Shown: piece by piece, positions 20,725 through 28,639 of the stretch | Numbering within the stretch: position 1 is the stretch's first letter | Layout: each line of letters starts with the position of its first letter | Assembly: GCA_039715015.1 (NCBI GenBank) | Contig: JBDLIE010000021.1 | Coordinates: 1 to 41,572 of the forward strand | Length of the DNA stretch: 41,572 nucleotides | Direction of reading: 5' to 3' | Source of the DNA: Thermodesulfobacteriota bacterium | Lineage (GTDB): Bacteria > Desulfobacterota > Desulfobulbia > Desulfobulbales > SURF-16 | Notes under the pieces: generated by a model | The model's database searches: none | Told to the model about the DNA's origin: nothing | What the model saw: the letters and a program-made list of their open reading frames with translations, nothing else | Program-made: the position numbers and the translations under genes

Positions 20725-21486
20725 TTACACCCCAAAACTCTTGACCAGGGAGCCGACAATGAGATACCAGCCGTCCACCAGGACAAAGAGGAGAAGTTTA
20801 AAGGGGAGTGATACCATTACCGGTGGTAACATCATCATACCCATGGAGAGCAAAACACTGGCCACCACCATATCGATGACCAGGAAGGGCAAAAAGAGGA
20901 TGAAACCGATCTGAAAGGCGGTTTTAAGCTCGCTGATCATAAAGGCTGGAATCAGCACCGAGGTGGGGATGGCCTCTTTATTCTGCGGTTTTTCCATTTT
21001 GGTAAAGGAGAGAAAAAGGGCCAGATCTTTTTGCCTTGTCTGCTTAAACATGAAGGCGCGCAGGGGCTTGATTCCCTCCTGAAAGGCATCCTCCAGGCCG
21101 ATTTTTTCGGCCATATAGGGCTTTACGGCTGCGGTGTTAATTTGGGAGAACACCGGGCTCATGATAAAAAGGCTTAAAAAGAGCGCCAGGGCGATGAGCA
21201 CCTGCGAGGGCGGCATCTGCTGAGTTCCCATAGCATTTTTCAGGAAAGAGAAGGCCACCACCAGACGGGTAAAGCTGGTGGTCATCAGCAGGATGGCCGG
21301 TGCCATGGAGAGGACAGTGAAGACCAGGAGGATCTCAATAATGGTCGCCATCTGCTTGGGGTCATCTGTTTCCGTCACTCCCACCTGGATAGTGGGCAGG
21401 GTGGCGGCCAGACTCAGCTTGGGCAGGATAATGATGGCCAGGACAGCTAAAAACAGGCAGGTGGCAGGATGCTTGACGTTACCCAT
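20725..21486 (-). CDS. fliP: Flagellar export protein FliP
   Basis: TSFTR, GTQQMPP, PAFMISELKTAFQIGF, LPFKLLLFVLVDGW; GGAGGAGG SD before ATG 21486. Confidence 0.96.
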   Translation of the reverse strand: MGNVKHPATCLFLAVLAIIILPKLSLAATLPTIQVGVTETDDPKQMATIIEILLVFTVLSMAPAILLMTTSFTRLVVAFSFLKNAMGTQQMPPSQVLIALALFLSLFIMSPVFSQINTAAVKPYMAEKIGLEDAFQEGIKPLRAFMFKQTRQKDLALFLSFTKMEKPQNKEAIPTSVLIPAFMISELKTAFQIGFILFLPFLVIDMVVASVLLSMGMMMLPPVMVSLPFKLLLFVLVDGWYLIVGSLVKSFGV

Positions 21487-21922
21487 GGGCCTCCTCCAGG
21501 TTGCCGGCAAATTGGGAGTCTTCGGTCTTTTTCTTCTGGGGGGTAACTGCAGGACCAAGTTTGCACAGGAGTGAGAGGTTGCTGTCGGAGATGCCGATGG
21601 CAAGATCTTCTCCGGCCACCCTGACCACCGAGATGTATTTCTTGGGGGCAATCATTCTGGTGTCCAAGACGGAGATCAACCCTCCTTTGCTAGGGGAGCC
21701 ATGGCCCAGGCCCATTTTCTTCATGCCCTTAAAAAGCAAGGCCATGAGGGCGCCAATAATCAGAAAGGCAACCAGAAGCTTGCCCATGGCCGCCATGGAC
21801 TGCATGGGGGCAAATTGGGGGGTGACCACGGCAAGGGGCGTTTCTTCGGCAGCCCAGGCGCTGAGAGGAAGGCTGAGCAGGAGGCTGCCTGCTCCTGTGA
21901 TATGGAAGAGAGGATTATTCAC
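21479..21922 (-). CDS. fliO: Flagellar biogenesis protein FliO
   Basis: TM segment followed by ISVLDTRMIAPKKYISVVRVAGEDLAIGIS; lies between fliN and fliP. Confidence 0.85.
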   Translation of the reverse strand: MNNPLFHITGAGSLLLSLPLSAWAAEETPLAVVTPQFAPMQSMAAMGKLLVAFLIIGALMALLFKGMKKMGLGHGSPSKGGLISVLDTRMIAPKKYISVVRVAGEDLAIGISDSNLSLLCKLGPAVTPQKKKTEDSQFAGNLEEAHG

Positions 21923-21926
21923 AGTT

Positions 21927-22379
21927 TTAACTCATGTTTTTGATACGGTCTGCCTGGCTGATAATCTCTGTGATCCTGACGCCGAAACGGTCGTTGACCA
22001 CGATTACCTCGCCCTTACCCAGCAGCTTTTTGTTAACATAGATTTCCACGGTCTCGCCGGCTGCCTTTTCAAGCTCAATAACCGAGCCTTGGGTGAGTTG
22101 GAGCATCCGGTCAATGATCATGCTGGATCGACCAAGTTCAACGCTTACCTCAAGGGGGATGTCGAGCAGAAAATCAAGGTTTTGACTTCCTCCCTTGCCC
22201 ATCTCTCCGGCCCCAAGTTCTTGGAAGTCGGCGGAGTCAGGCGCGGCGCTTTCCTCGGAAAGGGCGCCCCAGTCGCCATCGCCACCCTGATTTTTAGCTT
22301 CTTCATTGTCGTTTAATTCAGGATTTGCCTCTTCCAGGGCATCTGCCCAGGCATCATCCAATGATTCTTCATCAGCCAT
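21927..22379 (-). CDS. fliN: Flagellar motor switch protein FliN
   Basis: LLDIPLEVSVELGR and GEVIVVNDRFGVRITEI SpoA domain. Confidence 0.96.
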   Translation of the reverse strand: MADEESLDDAWADALEEANPELNDNEEAKNQGGDGDWGALSEESAAPDSADFQELGAGEMGKGGSQNLDFLLDIPLEVSVELGRSSMIIDRMLQLTQGSVIELEKAAGETVEIYVNKKLLGKGEVIVVNDRFGVRITEIISQADRIKNMS

Positions 22380-22466
22380 ATCTTTTCTCCTTTACGTTCC
22401 CTGCTAATCCTGATTTTTTTTTAAAAGTCGCTGGCCCTCTTTTGATTTTCGCTCTCTACGCAGCCA

Positions 22467-23459
22467 TCAATCTTTTTCTTGGTCCAGAACTTTACGTTTA
22501 ATCAAAAAGGCCTTGTTGCCCCGATGCACTCCAGGGGAGCCCATATATTTTCTAACCCCGGCGATATAGGCCGGCAGTAAGTCATCCTTACGTTTGTCGA
22601 GCTGAATGATGTCGCCTTCTTCCAGGGCAACGATGTCTCCAGCGGAAATTTCTGCCGTGCCGAGCATAATTCTTATTTCAGAGGGGATGTTCTTGACGTT
22701 TTCAGTGAGAACACGTTTTAGGCTGATATCCTCCTCGCTCTGCTCCCTGCTGAAGGTCGTCATCAGCTTTGCCTTAACAGACTCCAAGTTGGCCAGGGGG
22801 ATGCAGCTGGTTATGGAGCCCACTGCCCTGTCCATGTCCACCTCATAGCGGTTGATAATGACCACGTCTTCCGGTTCGCATATTTTGGCAAACTGGGGGT
22901 TGATCTCGCTGCGGACATATTGAACTTTGATGGGATGGAGGGAGTACCATGCCTTTTCCAGGTCGCTTATCAGCAGGTTGACCACCCGGTGGATCAGGCG
23001 CTGCTCAATGGCGGTGAAGTCGCGGCCTTCGATGCGGACATTACGCAGGCCACTACCACCTAAAAAGCTTTCCACCAGGGCAAAAACAAGCTTTGGTTCG
23101 ATGACGAAAAGGGCATGGCCCCGGAAAGGGTCCATTTTGAAGATCTGCAGGCTGCTGGGAACCGGCAGAGTCCTGACAAAGGCGCCAAAACGGTCAAGCT
23201 CCATGGGCACGGAGCTGATGTCAAGGATTCGGCGAAGGGTTGCAGAGAGCGATCCGCGGATGGAGCGCAGAAAGACGTCGTTAATAACGTCCAGGGCCGG
23301 CATTTTGACCTGGACGATGCGTTCTTGGCGGCTAAAGTCATAGGCTGAATATTCGAGCGCTTCGTCATCAAGGGCTTCTTCTTCCGGCTCTTCAATGTCA
23401 CCGCCGGAAATACCTTTTAAGAGGGCATCAACTTCATCCTGGCTGAGAATCTGTTCCAT
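22467..23459 (-). CDS. fliM: Flagellar motor switch protein FliM
   Basis: ILSQDEVDALL CheY-binding peptide, GRDFTAIE, RSEINPQF. Confidence 0.96.
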   Translation of the reverse strand: MEQILSQDEVDALLKGISGGDIEEPEEEALDDEALEYSAYDFSRQERIVQVKMPALDVINDVFLRSIRGSLSATLRRILDISSVPMELDRFGAFVRTLPVPSSLQIFKMDPFRGHALFVIEPKLVFALVESFLGGSGLRNVRIEGRDFTAIEQRLIHRVVNLLISDLEKAWYSLHPIKVQYVRSEINPQFAKICEPEDVVIINRYEVDMDRAVGSITSCIPLANLESVKAKLMTTFSREQSEEDISLKRVLTENVKNIPSEIRIMLGTAEISAGDIVALEEGDIIQLDKRKDDLLPAYIAGVRKYMGSPGVHRGNKAFLIKRKVLDQEKD

Positions 23460-23480
23460 GGATCTCTCGTTGTTCTGGTT

Positions 23481-23960
23481 TTATTGGACGACAAAGTCGC
23501 TAAAATAAAGGTTTTTAATCCGATCAGGCCGGACTGCCTGGTTAAAGCGCTCAAGGAGTTCATCGCGGATGCGGATCTTGCCCTCCGGGGTCATGACCTC
23601 TTCAAAGGCCAGGCTGGTCAGCAGCATGATGACGATGTCGCGGAGCTTGGGTTCGATCTTCTGCACCCTTTCCACAGCCTCGGCGCCTTCCACCTCTACA
23701 CTGATTTTACATTTGAGATAGCGTTTGCCCTTGGGGTCGGAAAGGTTGACGACAAATTCGCCAAAGGTGACCATCTCCCCGACCATTTCCACTTCTTCTT
23801 TTGGTTTTTCTACATCTTTATCGCCTGCACTCATAAGGGTGGTGTAGACAAAAAAACCACCGCCGCCAGCCAGGAGTAAAAGTGCACCAAGGATGACAAG
23901 GAGCATTGTCTTGGATTTCTTTTTAGGCTCCTCGGGGGTTACGTTTTCTTCTTCTGCCAT
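23481..23960 (-). CDS. fliL: Flagellar basal-body protein FliL
   Basis: N-terminal TM, FVVNL, RYLK, LRD, LYFSDFVVQ terminus; AGGAG SD. Confidence 0.93.
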   Translation of the reverse strand: MAEEENVTPEEPKKKSKTMLLVILGALLLLAGGGGFFVYTTLMSAGDKDVEKPKEEVEMVGEMVTFGEFVVNLSDPKGKRYLKCKISVEVEGAEAVERVQKIEPKLRDIVIMLLTSLAFEEVMTPEGKIRIRDELLERFNQAVRPDRIKNLYFSDFVVQ

Positions 23961-24014
23961 GGTACAGATCTCCTGCTGGTGAGTGTTTGTTGGTTTTAGG
24001 CTACGGCTTATTTA

Positions 24015-24030
24015 AACAAATATTGTGCCA
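24015..24030 (-). promoter_or_regulatory. Sigma54 promoter of the fliL operon
   Basis: Minus strand TGGCAC-AATAT-TTGTT (perfect -24, -12 variant), about 55 nt upstream of fliL. Confidence 0.7.
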
Positions 24031-24547
24031 TGAATATTCGCGAGGGTTTTTTAGTATTGTAAGTTTCCTATTTTATAGAGATATTTTTATATTTCATTTG
24101 CGCGTATTGTTGATGTGGAAAGAGCTTGTCGAGTTTTGTGGTCATTTTATTGACCTTACTTTTTCACAAGGAGTCAAGAATCCGATACCTGTTCTCTATC
24201 AAAGAAACTTAGATGCTGGCGGTGGCTCGATCCAAAGGGAAAGATTCGCACTCTTGGTAAAGGTGGTAATAAAATTTGTACTTTTCGTTCATTTTTAACG
24301 ACAGGTATTTAAGAAAAAGCTGAATCTTTGCGTTGTCTGACAACGTCTCCGGGGGAGAGGTTTGCTGGTATAAAAAACTAAAAATGACATTAAGTAGCTG
24401 TTCTTTCGATGCAAATAAGATCTGTAGTTGCGGTATTCTGGGGAGAGTATAAAAAGTTGAATAGAACGAACAGGCGGGATTGTTGTCCTGCTTTTGAGAA
24501 ACCCACTGTTGGCGCTTTCTTAGCGGGGAGTCATTTTTTTCTCCGTG

Positions 24548-24563
24548 TGGCACGGTAATTGAA
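24548..24563 (+). promoter_or_regulatory. Sigma54 promoter driving a putative sRNA
   Basis: TGGCAC-GGTAA-TTGAA (perfect -24, -12 variant). Confidence 0.7.
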
Positions 24564-24573
24564 TTAAATAACT

Positions 24574-24646
24574 TTCGAGTAATAACTCATATCTCCTTTC
24601 TCCTGAAAAAGGCTACCTTGTCCCCCCAAGGTGGCCTTTTTCTTTT
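24574..24646 (+). ncRNA. Putative sigma54-dependent small RNA with an anti-SD seed
   Basis: Promoter, ~70 nt with no + strand ORF, CU-rich CAUAUCUCCUUUCUCCU segment, then an intrinsic terminator; 5' end inferred from promoter geometry. Confidence 0.6.
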
Positions 24647-24647
24647 T
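24606..24647 (+). terminator. Intrinsic terminator of the putative sRNA
   Basis: aaaaaggctaccttg-tccccc-caaggtggccttttt followed by cttttt; the stem has a U-G pair on + that is an A-C mismatch on -. Confidence 0.8.
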
Positions 24648-24802
24648 AATGGATACGCCTTGTTCGCTTTTCCTTGCTCCCCCTTGTTCAGGTTTTTCTA
24701 TACCTTAGAAATATGGTAGGTTCATTTCCCATGTCTTTCGCTTTTTGAGCTAACGGCTATGAGGTGAGCAACTCTTTTTGGAAGGTGTAAACAAGGCCTA
24801 GC

Positions 24803-25774
24803 ATGCAGAATAACCATACAAAAATTCCGGCAGCCATTTCTCGGTGTTCGTCCTATGAGCGTTCAGAGCTTATGGAAGGCGTTGAGCGGTTGATGACTTC
24901 CCTCTCTTTTAACCTGTCCAGGGGAAGCAAGGTCCTTTTGAAGCCAAACCTCGTTGCTGCTGGTTACCCTGCTGATTTGGCCTGCACCCATCCTGAGTTG
25001 GTCGCCGCGGTTGCCCAATGGTTTGTTGACAAGGGAGTCCATGTTGCCGTTGGGGATTCTCCGGCCACCGGTTCTGGAATGCGTGCCATGCGGATATCGA
25101 AAATGACAGGGGCCCTCAAGAATCTACCTGTTACCTTTGCTCCCTTTCGGGAAGTGAAAAAGCTTACAACAAGGGGCGGTGTTGAGGTTGCCGTGGCGGT
25201 TGATGCCCTGGAATGTGATTATTTCATAAACCTCCCCAAGCTTAAGAGCCACAGCCAGGCCCGGCTTACCCTGGCTGTGAAAAATCATTACGGTATTGTG
25301 AAAGGATGGCGCAAGGCCTGGGGCCATCAGGTGCATGGCAAGGGTAATGCCCGGCCTTTCTTCGACCTTCTTGCCGATCTGCCTTCACTGGTGCCGCAGG
25401 GTATTTCTCTCTGTGACGCAATAACCGCCATGCATGTCACCGGTCCCATCCATGGCGACCCATATAGCCTGGGGTTGATTGCCGCCAGCCCGTCAGCCCT
25501 GGCGCTGGATAGGGCCTTTCTGGAAGTTGTCAATCTTGATCCCGAGTTGTCGCCATTGTGGTGCGCCAGTCGTGACTATCAGGACCCGGGGTATGATTTG
25601 GACACTCTGCATTTTCCTCTGCTTTGTCCTGACCAGGTACAGGTAGATGATTTCAGGGTCCCGGATCACCTGAGCCCCGTGCATTTTGATGCCAGCCATG
25701 TTTTGGGCAGTCTGGCCGGGAGGTTCAAGGTTTGGCTGACTCGTAAAAGAGATAGGAAAAGAGACTGCTACTAA
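24803..25774 (+). CDS. DUF362 domain protein
   Basis: VLLKPNL, THPELV, VGDSP, INLPKLKSH and TLAVKN motifs. Confidence 0.88.
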   Translation: MQNNHTKIPAAISRCSSYERSELMEGVERLMTSLSFNLSRGSKVLLKPNLVAAGYPADLACTHPELVAAVAQWFVDKGVHVAVGDSPATGSGMRAMRISKMTGALKNLPVTFAPFREVKKLTTRGGVEVAVAVDALECDYFINLPKLKSHSQARLTLAVKNHYGIVKGWRKAWGHQVHGKGNARPFFDLLADLPSLVPQGISLCDAITAMHVTGPIHGDPYSLGLIAASPSALALDRAFLEVVNLDPELSPLWCASRDYQDPGYDLDTLHFPLLCPDQVQVDDFRVPDHLSPVHFDASHVLGSLAGRFKVWLTRKRDRKRDCY

Positions 25775-25889
25775 TGGATAAAACCCTTTGCTTCGCCAAC
25801 CTATCCTGATACAATCGCCCTTTGTCTTATAATGAATGTTGCATCAGCAGACGCCCTGCAGGGCTCTACGATTATAGAGGATTTGACCT

Positions 25890-26642
25890 ATGTTTGATTT
25901 ATCAGGAAAAGTAGCATTGATCACCGGAAGCTCCCGAGGTATCGGCAAGGCCATAGCCCTGCGTTTTGCAGAAAATGGTGTGAATATTGTTGTCAACTAT
26001 GTCCGCCACCGTAAGGATGCCGAAGAGACGGCCCGCCTCGTTGAGGAGCGTGGTGCAGAGTGTATGGTGGTGAAGGCAAATGTGGCCAATGACGATGATG
26101 TGGTGGCCATGTTTGAGCAGATTCGTGAACGCTATGGCCGTATGGATCTTCTGGTTTCAAACGCGGCCTCCGGCGTCTTGAAGCCGGTGATGGAGCTTTC
26201 AACCCGCCATTGGAACTGGGCCATGGATATTAATGCCCGGGCCTTGCTTACCCTTACCCAGCAGGCCGTGCCATTGATGACTCATGGCGGCCGGATCATG
26301 GCTGTTTCCAGCCTTGGCTCGGTGCGCGCTGTGGAAAACTACACAGCTGTCGGGGCCTCCAAGGCGGCCCTGGAATCCCTGGTTCGCCACCTGGCTGTTG
26401 AGCTGGGGGCAAAGAAGATTACCGTCAACACCATCAGTGCCGGGGCCGTGGACACCGAGGCCTTGAAGAAATTTCCTAACCGGAAACAGATTCTTGACGG
26501 AGCGCTGGAGCGGACCCCCATAGGTGTTTTAACTACTCCGGATGATGTTGCTGATGTCGCCCTTTTCCTGGCCAGTGACTTGGCCAAGATGATCCATGGC
26601 CAGACCGTGGTGGTTGATGGGGGATATTCCATCCGGGCTTAA
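25890..26642 (+). CDS. fabL: Enoyl-ACP reductase, FabL-like SDR
   Basis: TGSSRGIG, NAASGV, catalytic Y-x6-K (YTAVGASK), VVDGG; resembles the Bacillus FabL pattern. Confidence 0.75.
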   Translation: MFDLSGKVALITGSSRGIGKAIALRFAENGVNIVVNYVRHRKDAEETARLVEERGAECMVVKANVANDDDVVAMFEQIRERYGRMDLLVSNAASGVLKPVMELSTRHWNWAMDINARALLTLTQQAVPLMTHGGRIMAVSSLGSVRAVENYTAVGASKAALESLVRHLAVELGAKKITVNTISAGAVDTEALKKFPNRKQILDGALERTPIGVLTTPDDVADVALFLASDLAKMIHGQTVVVDGGYSIRA

Positions 26643-26644
26643 TC

Positions 26645-27277
26645 ATGGAAAAGCCCGTTTTTAAAAATCTGCGCCCCCTGATCCTGGCCTCTGCTTCCCC
26701 CCGGAGGCGTGACTTTCTAACGAAACTCGGTCTTCAATTCTTGGTTGAAACAGCAGTGGTGGACGAGAGCGCCCTGCCCGATGAAGCTCCTGAGGCCTTT
26801 GTCCGGCGCCTGGCCTCTGAAAAGGCCCGGGCCGTGGCTACACATCATCCAGACCATGTCGTTTTGGGGGCGGACACCATTGTCGTCCGCGATGGAGTTC
26901 TTCTTGGTAAACCAGTGAGTCGTCAACAGGCAAAAGAGATCCTGACTTCTCTGTCAGGGCGCTGGCATGAGGTGTGGACAGGTTTCAGCATCTGTTGCCA
27001 GGAGTCTCATCTTGAGGAGGTGGGAGCGGTGGTGACCCGGGTCCGTTTTGCCGGTTTGGACCCAGGAGTTATTGCCGCCTATGTGGCCTCTGGTGATGGT
27101 GACGATAAGGCTGGTGCGTATGGAATCCAGAGCGGCGGAGGCTTTCTGGTTTCAGAGATTTCCGGTTCCTATACCAATGTCATTGGTTTGCCGGTGGCGG
27201 AGGTGGTTGCGGCGCTTGTCAAAGTTGAGGCCTTGGAGGTAGCTGGGCCATCTTGCCGGAAAAGGACTCAAAAATGA
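26645..27277 (+). CDS. maf: Maf family nucleoside triphosphate pyrophosphatase
   Basis: LILASASPRR, GADTIV, LGKP, DKAGAYGIQ and GSYTNVIGLP motifs. Confidence 0.93.
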   Translation: MEKPVFKNLRPLILASASPRRRDFLTKLGLQFLVETAVVDESALPDEAPEAFVRRLASEKARAVATHHPDHVVLGADTIVVRDGVLLGKPVSRQQAKEILTSLSGRWHEVWTGFSICCQESHLEEVGAVVTRVRFAGLDPGVIAAYVASGDGDDKAGAYGIQSGGGFLVSEISGSYTNVIGLPVAEVVAALVKVEALEVAGPSCRKRTQK

Positions 27278-27286
27278 AAAGGGTTT

Positions 27287-27315
27287 TTGACAAGCGAGAC
27301 GGGGTAACCTAGGAT
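27287..27315 (+). promoter_or_regulatory. Sigma70-type promoter of the EAL-HDOD gene
   Basis: TTGACA-N17-TAGGAT. Confidence 0.55.
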
Positions 27316-27370
27316 ATAGCATGTTTCCTGAATATGAAACCAAGCAGGGAAACCCTTTGTAAGGAAACAT

Positions 27371-28624
27371 ATGCCCCCCGAAGAACCAAAAAAGAAAATA
27401 GATACCAGCCAGGTCTTTCTTGCCCGGCAACCTATTTTCCGTCCCAATATGAAGGTCTTTGCCTATGAGCTGCTCTTCCGCTCCGGCCTTCAGAATTTCT
27501 GCAGCGCTGCCATTGATTCCATGGCGGCTACTTCAACGGTTATTACCAACAGTCAGTATCTCCTTGGCCTGCAAAAGGTCACAGGCGGCAAACGGGCCTT
27601 TATTAATTTCCCCCAGGAGATGCTTAATCGCCACACCCCTTTCCTCTTTTCCGCCCGGAGCACTGTGGTGGAGATTCTCGAAGACGTTAAGGTGACTCCC
27701 GCCCTGCTTAAGAGCTGCGACAAGCTTGCCAAGAAGGGCTATGTTTTCGCCCTGGATGATTTTAGGTACCGGCCAGGGTTGGAGGCCCTCATGGAGATCG
27801 CCAAGATTGTCAAGTTTGACGTGCTTGAGATGAGCTGGCAAGAGCTTGAAAAAGAGGTGGTACGGGCCAAGAAGTTTAACCTGAAGCTGCTGGCCGAGAA
27901 GGTTGAGACCAGGGAGCAGTTTCAACGTTTGCAGGAGATGGATTTTGATCTGTATCAGGGCTATTTTTTTGCAAAGCCTGAGATCATGAGCAGCAGGGAT
28001 ATTCCTGGCTCCAAGCTCCAGTATCTTAATATGCTTAGCCAGCTTCAGGACCAGACCACTGATTATGAAAAGATGACAGAGCTGGTCTCCCACGATGTTT
28101 CACTGGCCTACAAACTTTTACGGTATGTAAATTCAGCGGCCTTTGCTGTCCGGGTTGAGGTGAAGTCCCTGCAAAGCGCTATAGCTTTAGTGGGCGAAGA
28201 GAAACTGCGGCAATGGATCAGCATCATGATGCTCTCCTATCTTGCCGAGGATAAGCCAAACGAACTTCTCCGCCTTTCTGTGCAGCGGGCCCGATTTTGC
28301 CAGGGTTTGAGCGATCTTGTTCCGGGGGTGGGCTCAAGGGCCACCTGTTATACCTTAGGTATGCTCAGTCTGCTTGATGTCATCTTGGAAAGAAAGATGG
28401 AGAATATTCTTGATGGCCTGCATCTGGACCAGGATCTCTCTGATGCCCTGGCTTCGGGAACTGGTAGTATGGGTGTGCTTCTCGCCCTCACCACGGCCTA
28501 TGAACAAGGCGATTGGGAGACGGTGGACAAGGTCTGCCAGAGCCTCTCTGTGAATATTACGGCCCTGCCGGAGCTGCTTGCCTCCTCCGTTGAGGCGGCA
28601 AGCCAGATCTATTTCGGCGATTAA
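27371..28624 (+). CDS. EAL-HDOD domain protein (YuxH/PdeH-like c-di-GMP phosphodiesterase)
   Basis: ARQPI, YELLFR, VVEILE, ALDDF, LAEKVET, QGYFFAKP, then HDOD (LAYKLLRYVNSA). Confidence 0.9.
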   Translation: MPPEEPKKKIDTSQVFLARQPIFRPNMKVFAYELLFRSGLQNFCSAAIDSMAATSTVITNSQYLLGLQKVTGGKRAFINFPQEMLNRHTPFLFSARSTVVEILEDVKVTPALLKSCDKLAKKGYVFALDDFRYRPGLEALMEIAKIVKFDVLEMSWQELEKEVVRAKKFNLKLLAEKVETREQFQRLQEMDFDLYQGYFFAKPEIMSSRDIPGSKLQYLNMLSQLQDQTTDYEKMTELVSHDVSLAYKLLRYVNSAAFAVRVEVKSLQSAIALVGEEKLRQWISIMMLSYLAEDKPNELLRLSVQRARFCQGLSDLVPGVGSRATCYTLGMLSLLDVILERKMENILDGLHLDQDLSDALASGTGSMGVLLALTTAYEQGDWETVDKVCQSLSVNITALPELLASSVEAASQIYFGD

Positions 28625-28639
28625 CCGCCTTTTTCAATT

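Noticed and set aside
24209..24553. 114-aa minus-strand ORF (and 23987-24298 on +) in the fliL upstream region
   Set aside because: AT-rich regulatory DNA, no SD, no recognisable domain, overlaps promoter elements
24564..24590. Minus-strand 8-codon ORF MSYYSKVI preceded by a double AGGAG
   Set aside because: It is the mirror image of the sRNA seed; the promoter orientation, terminator U-G pair and longer U tract favour + strand transcription. Not fully excluded.
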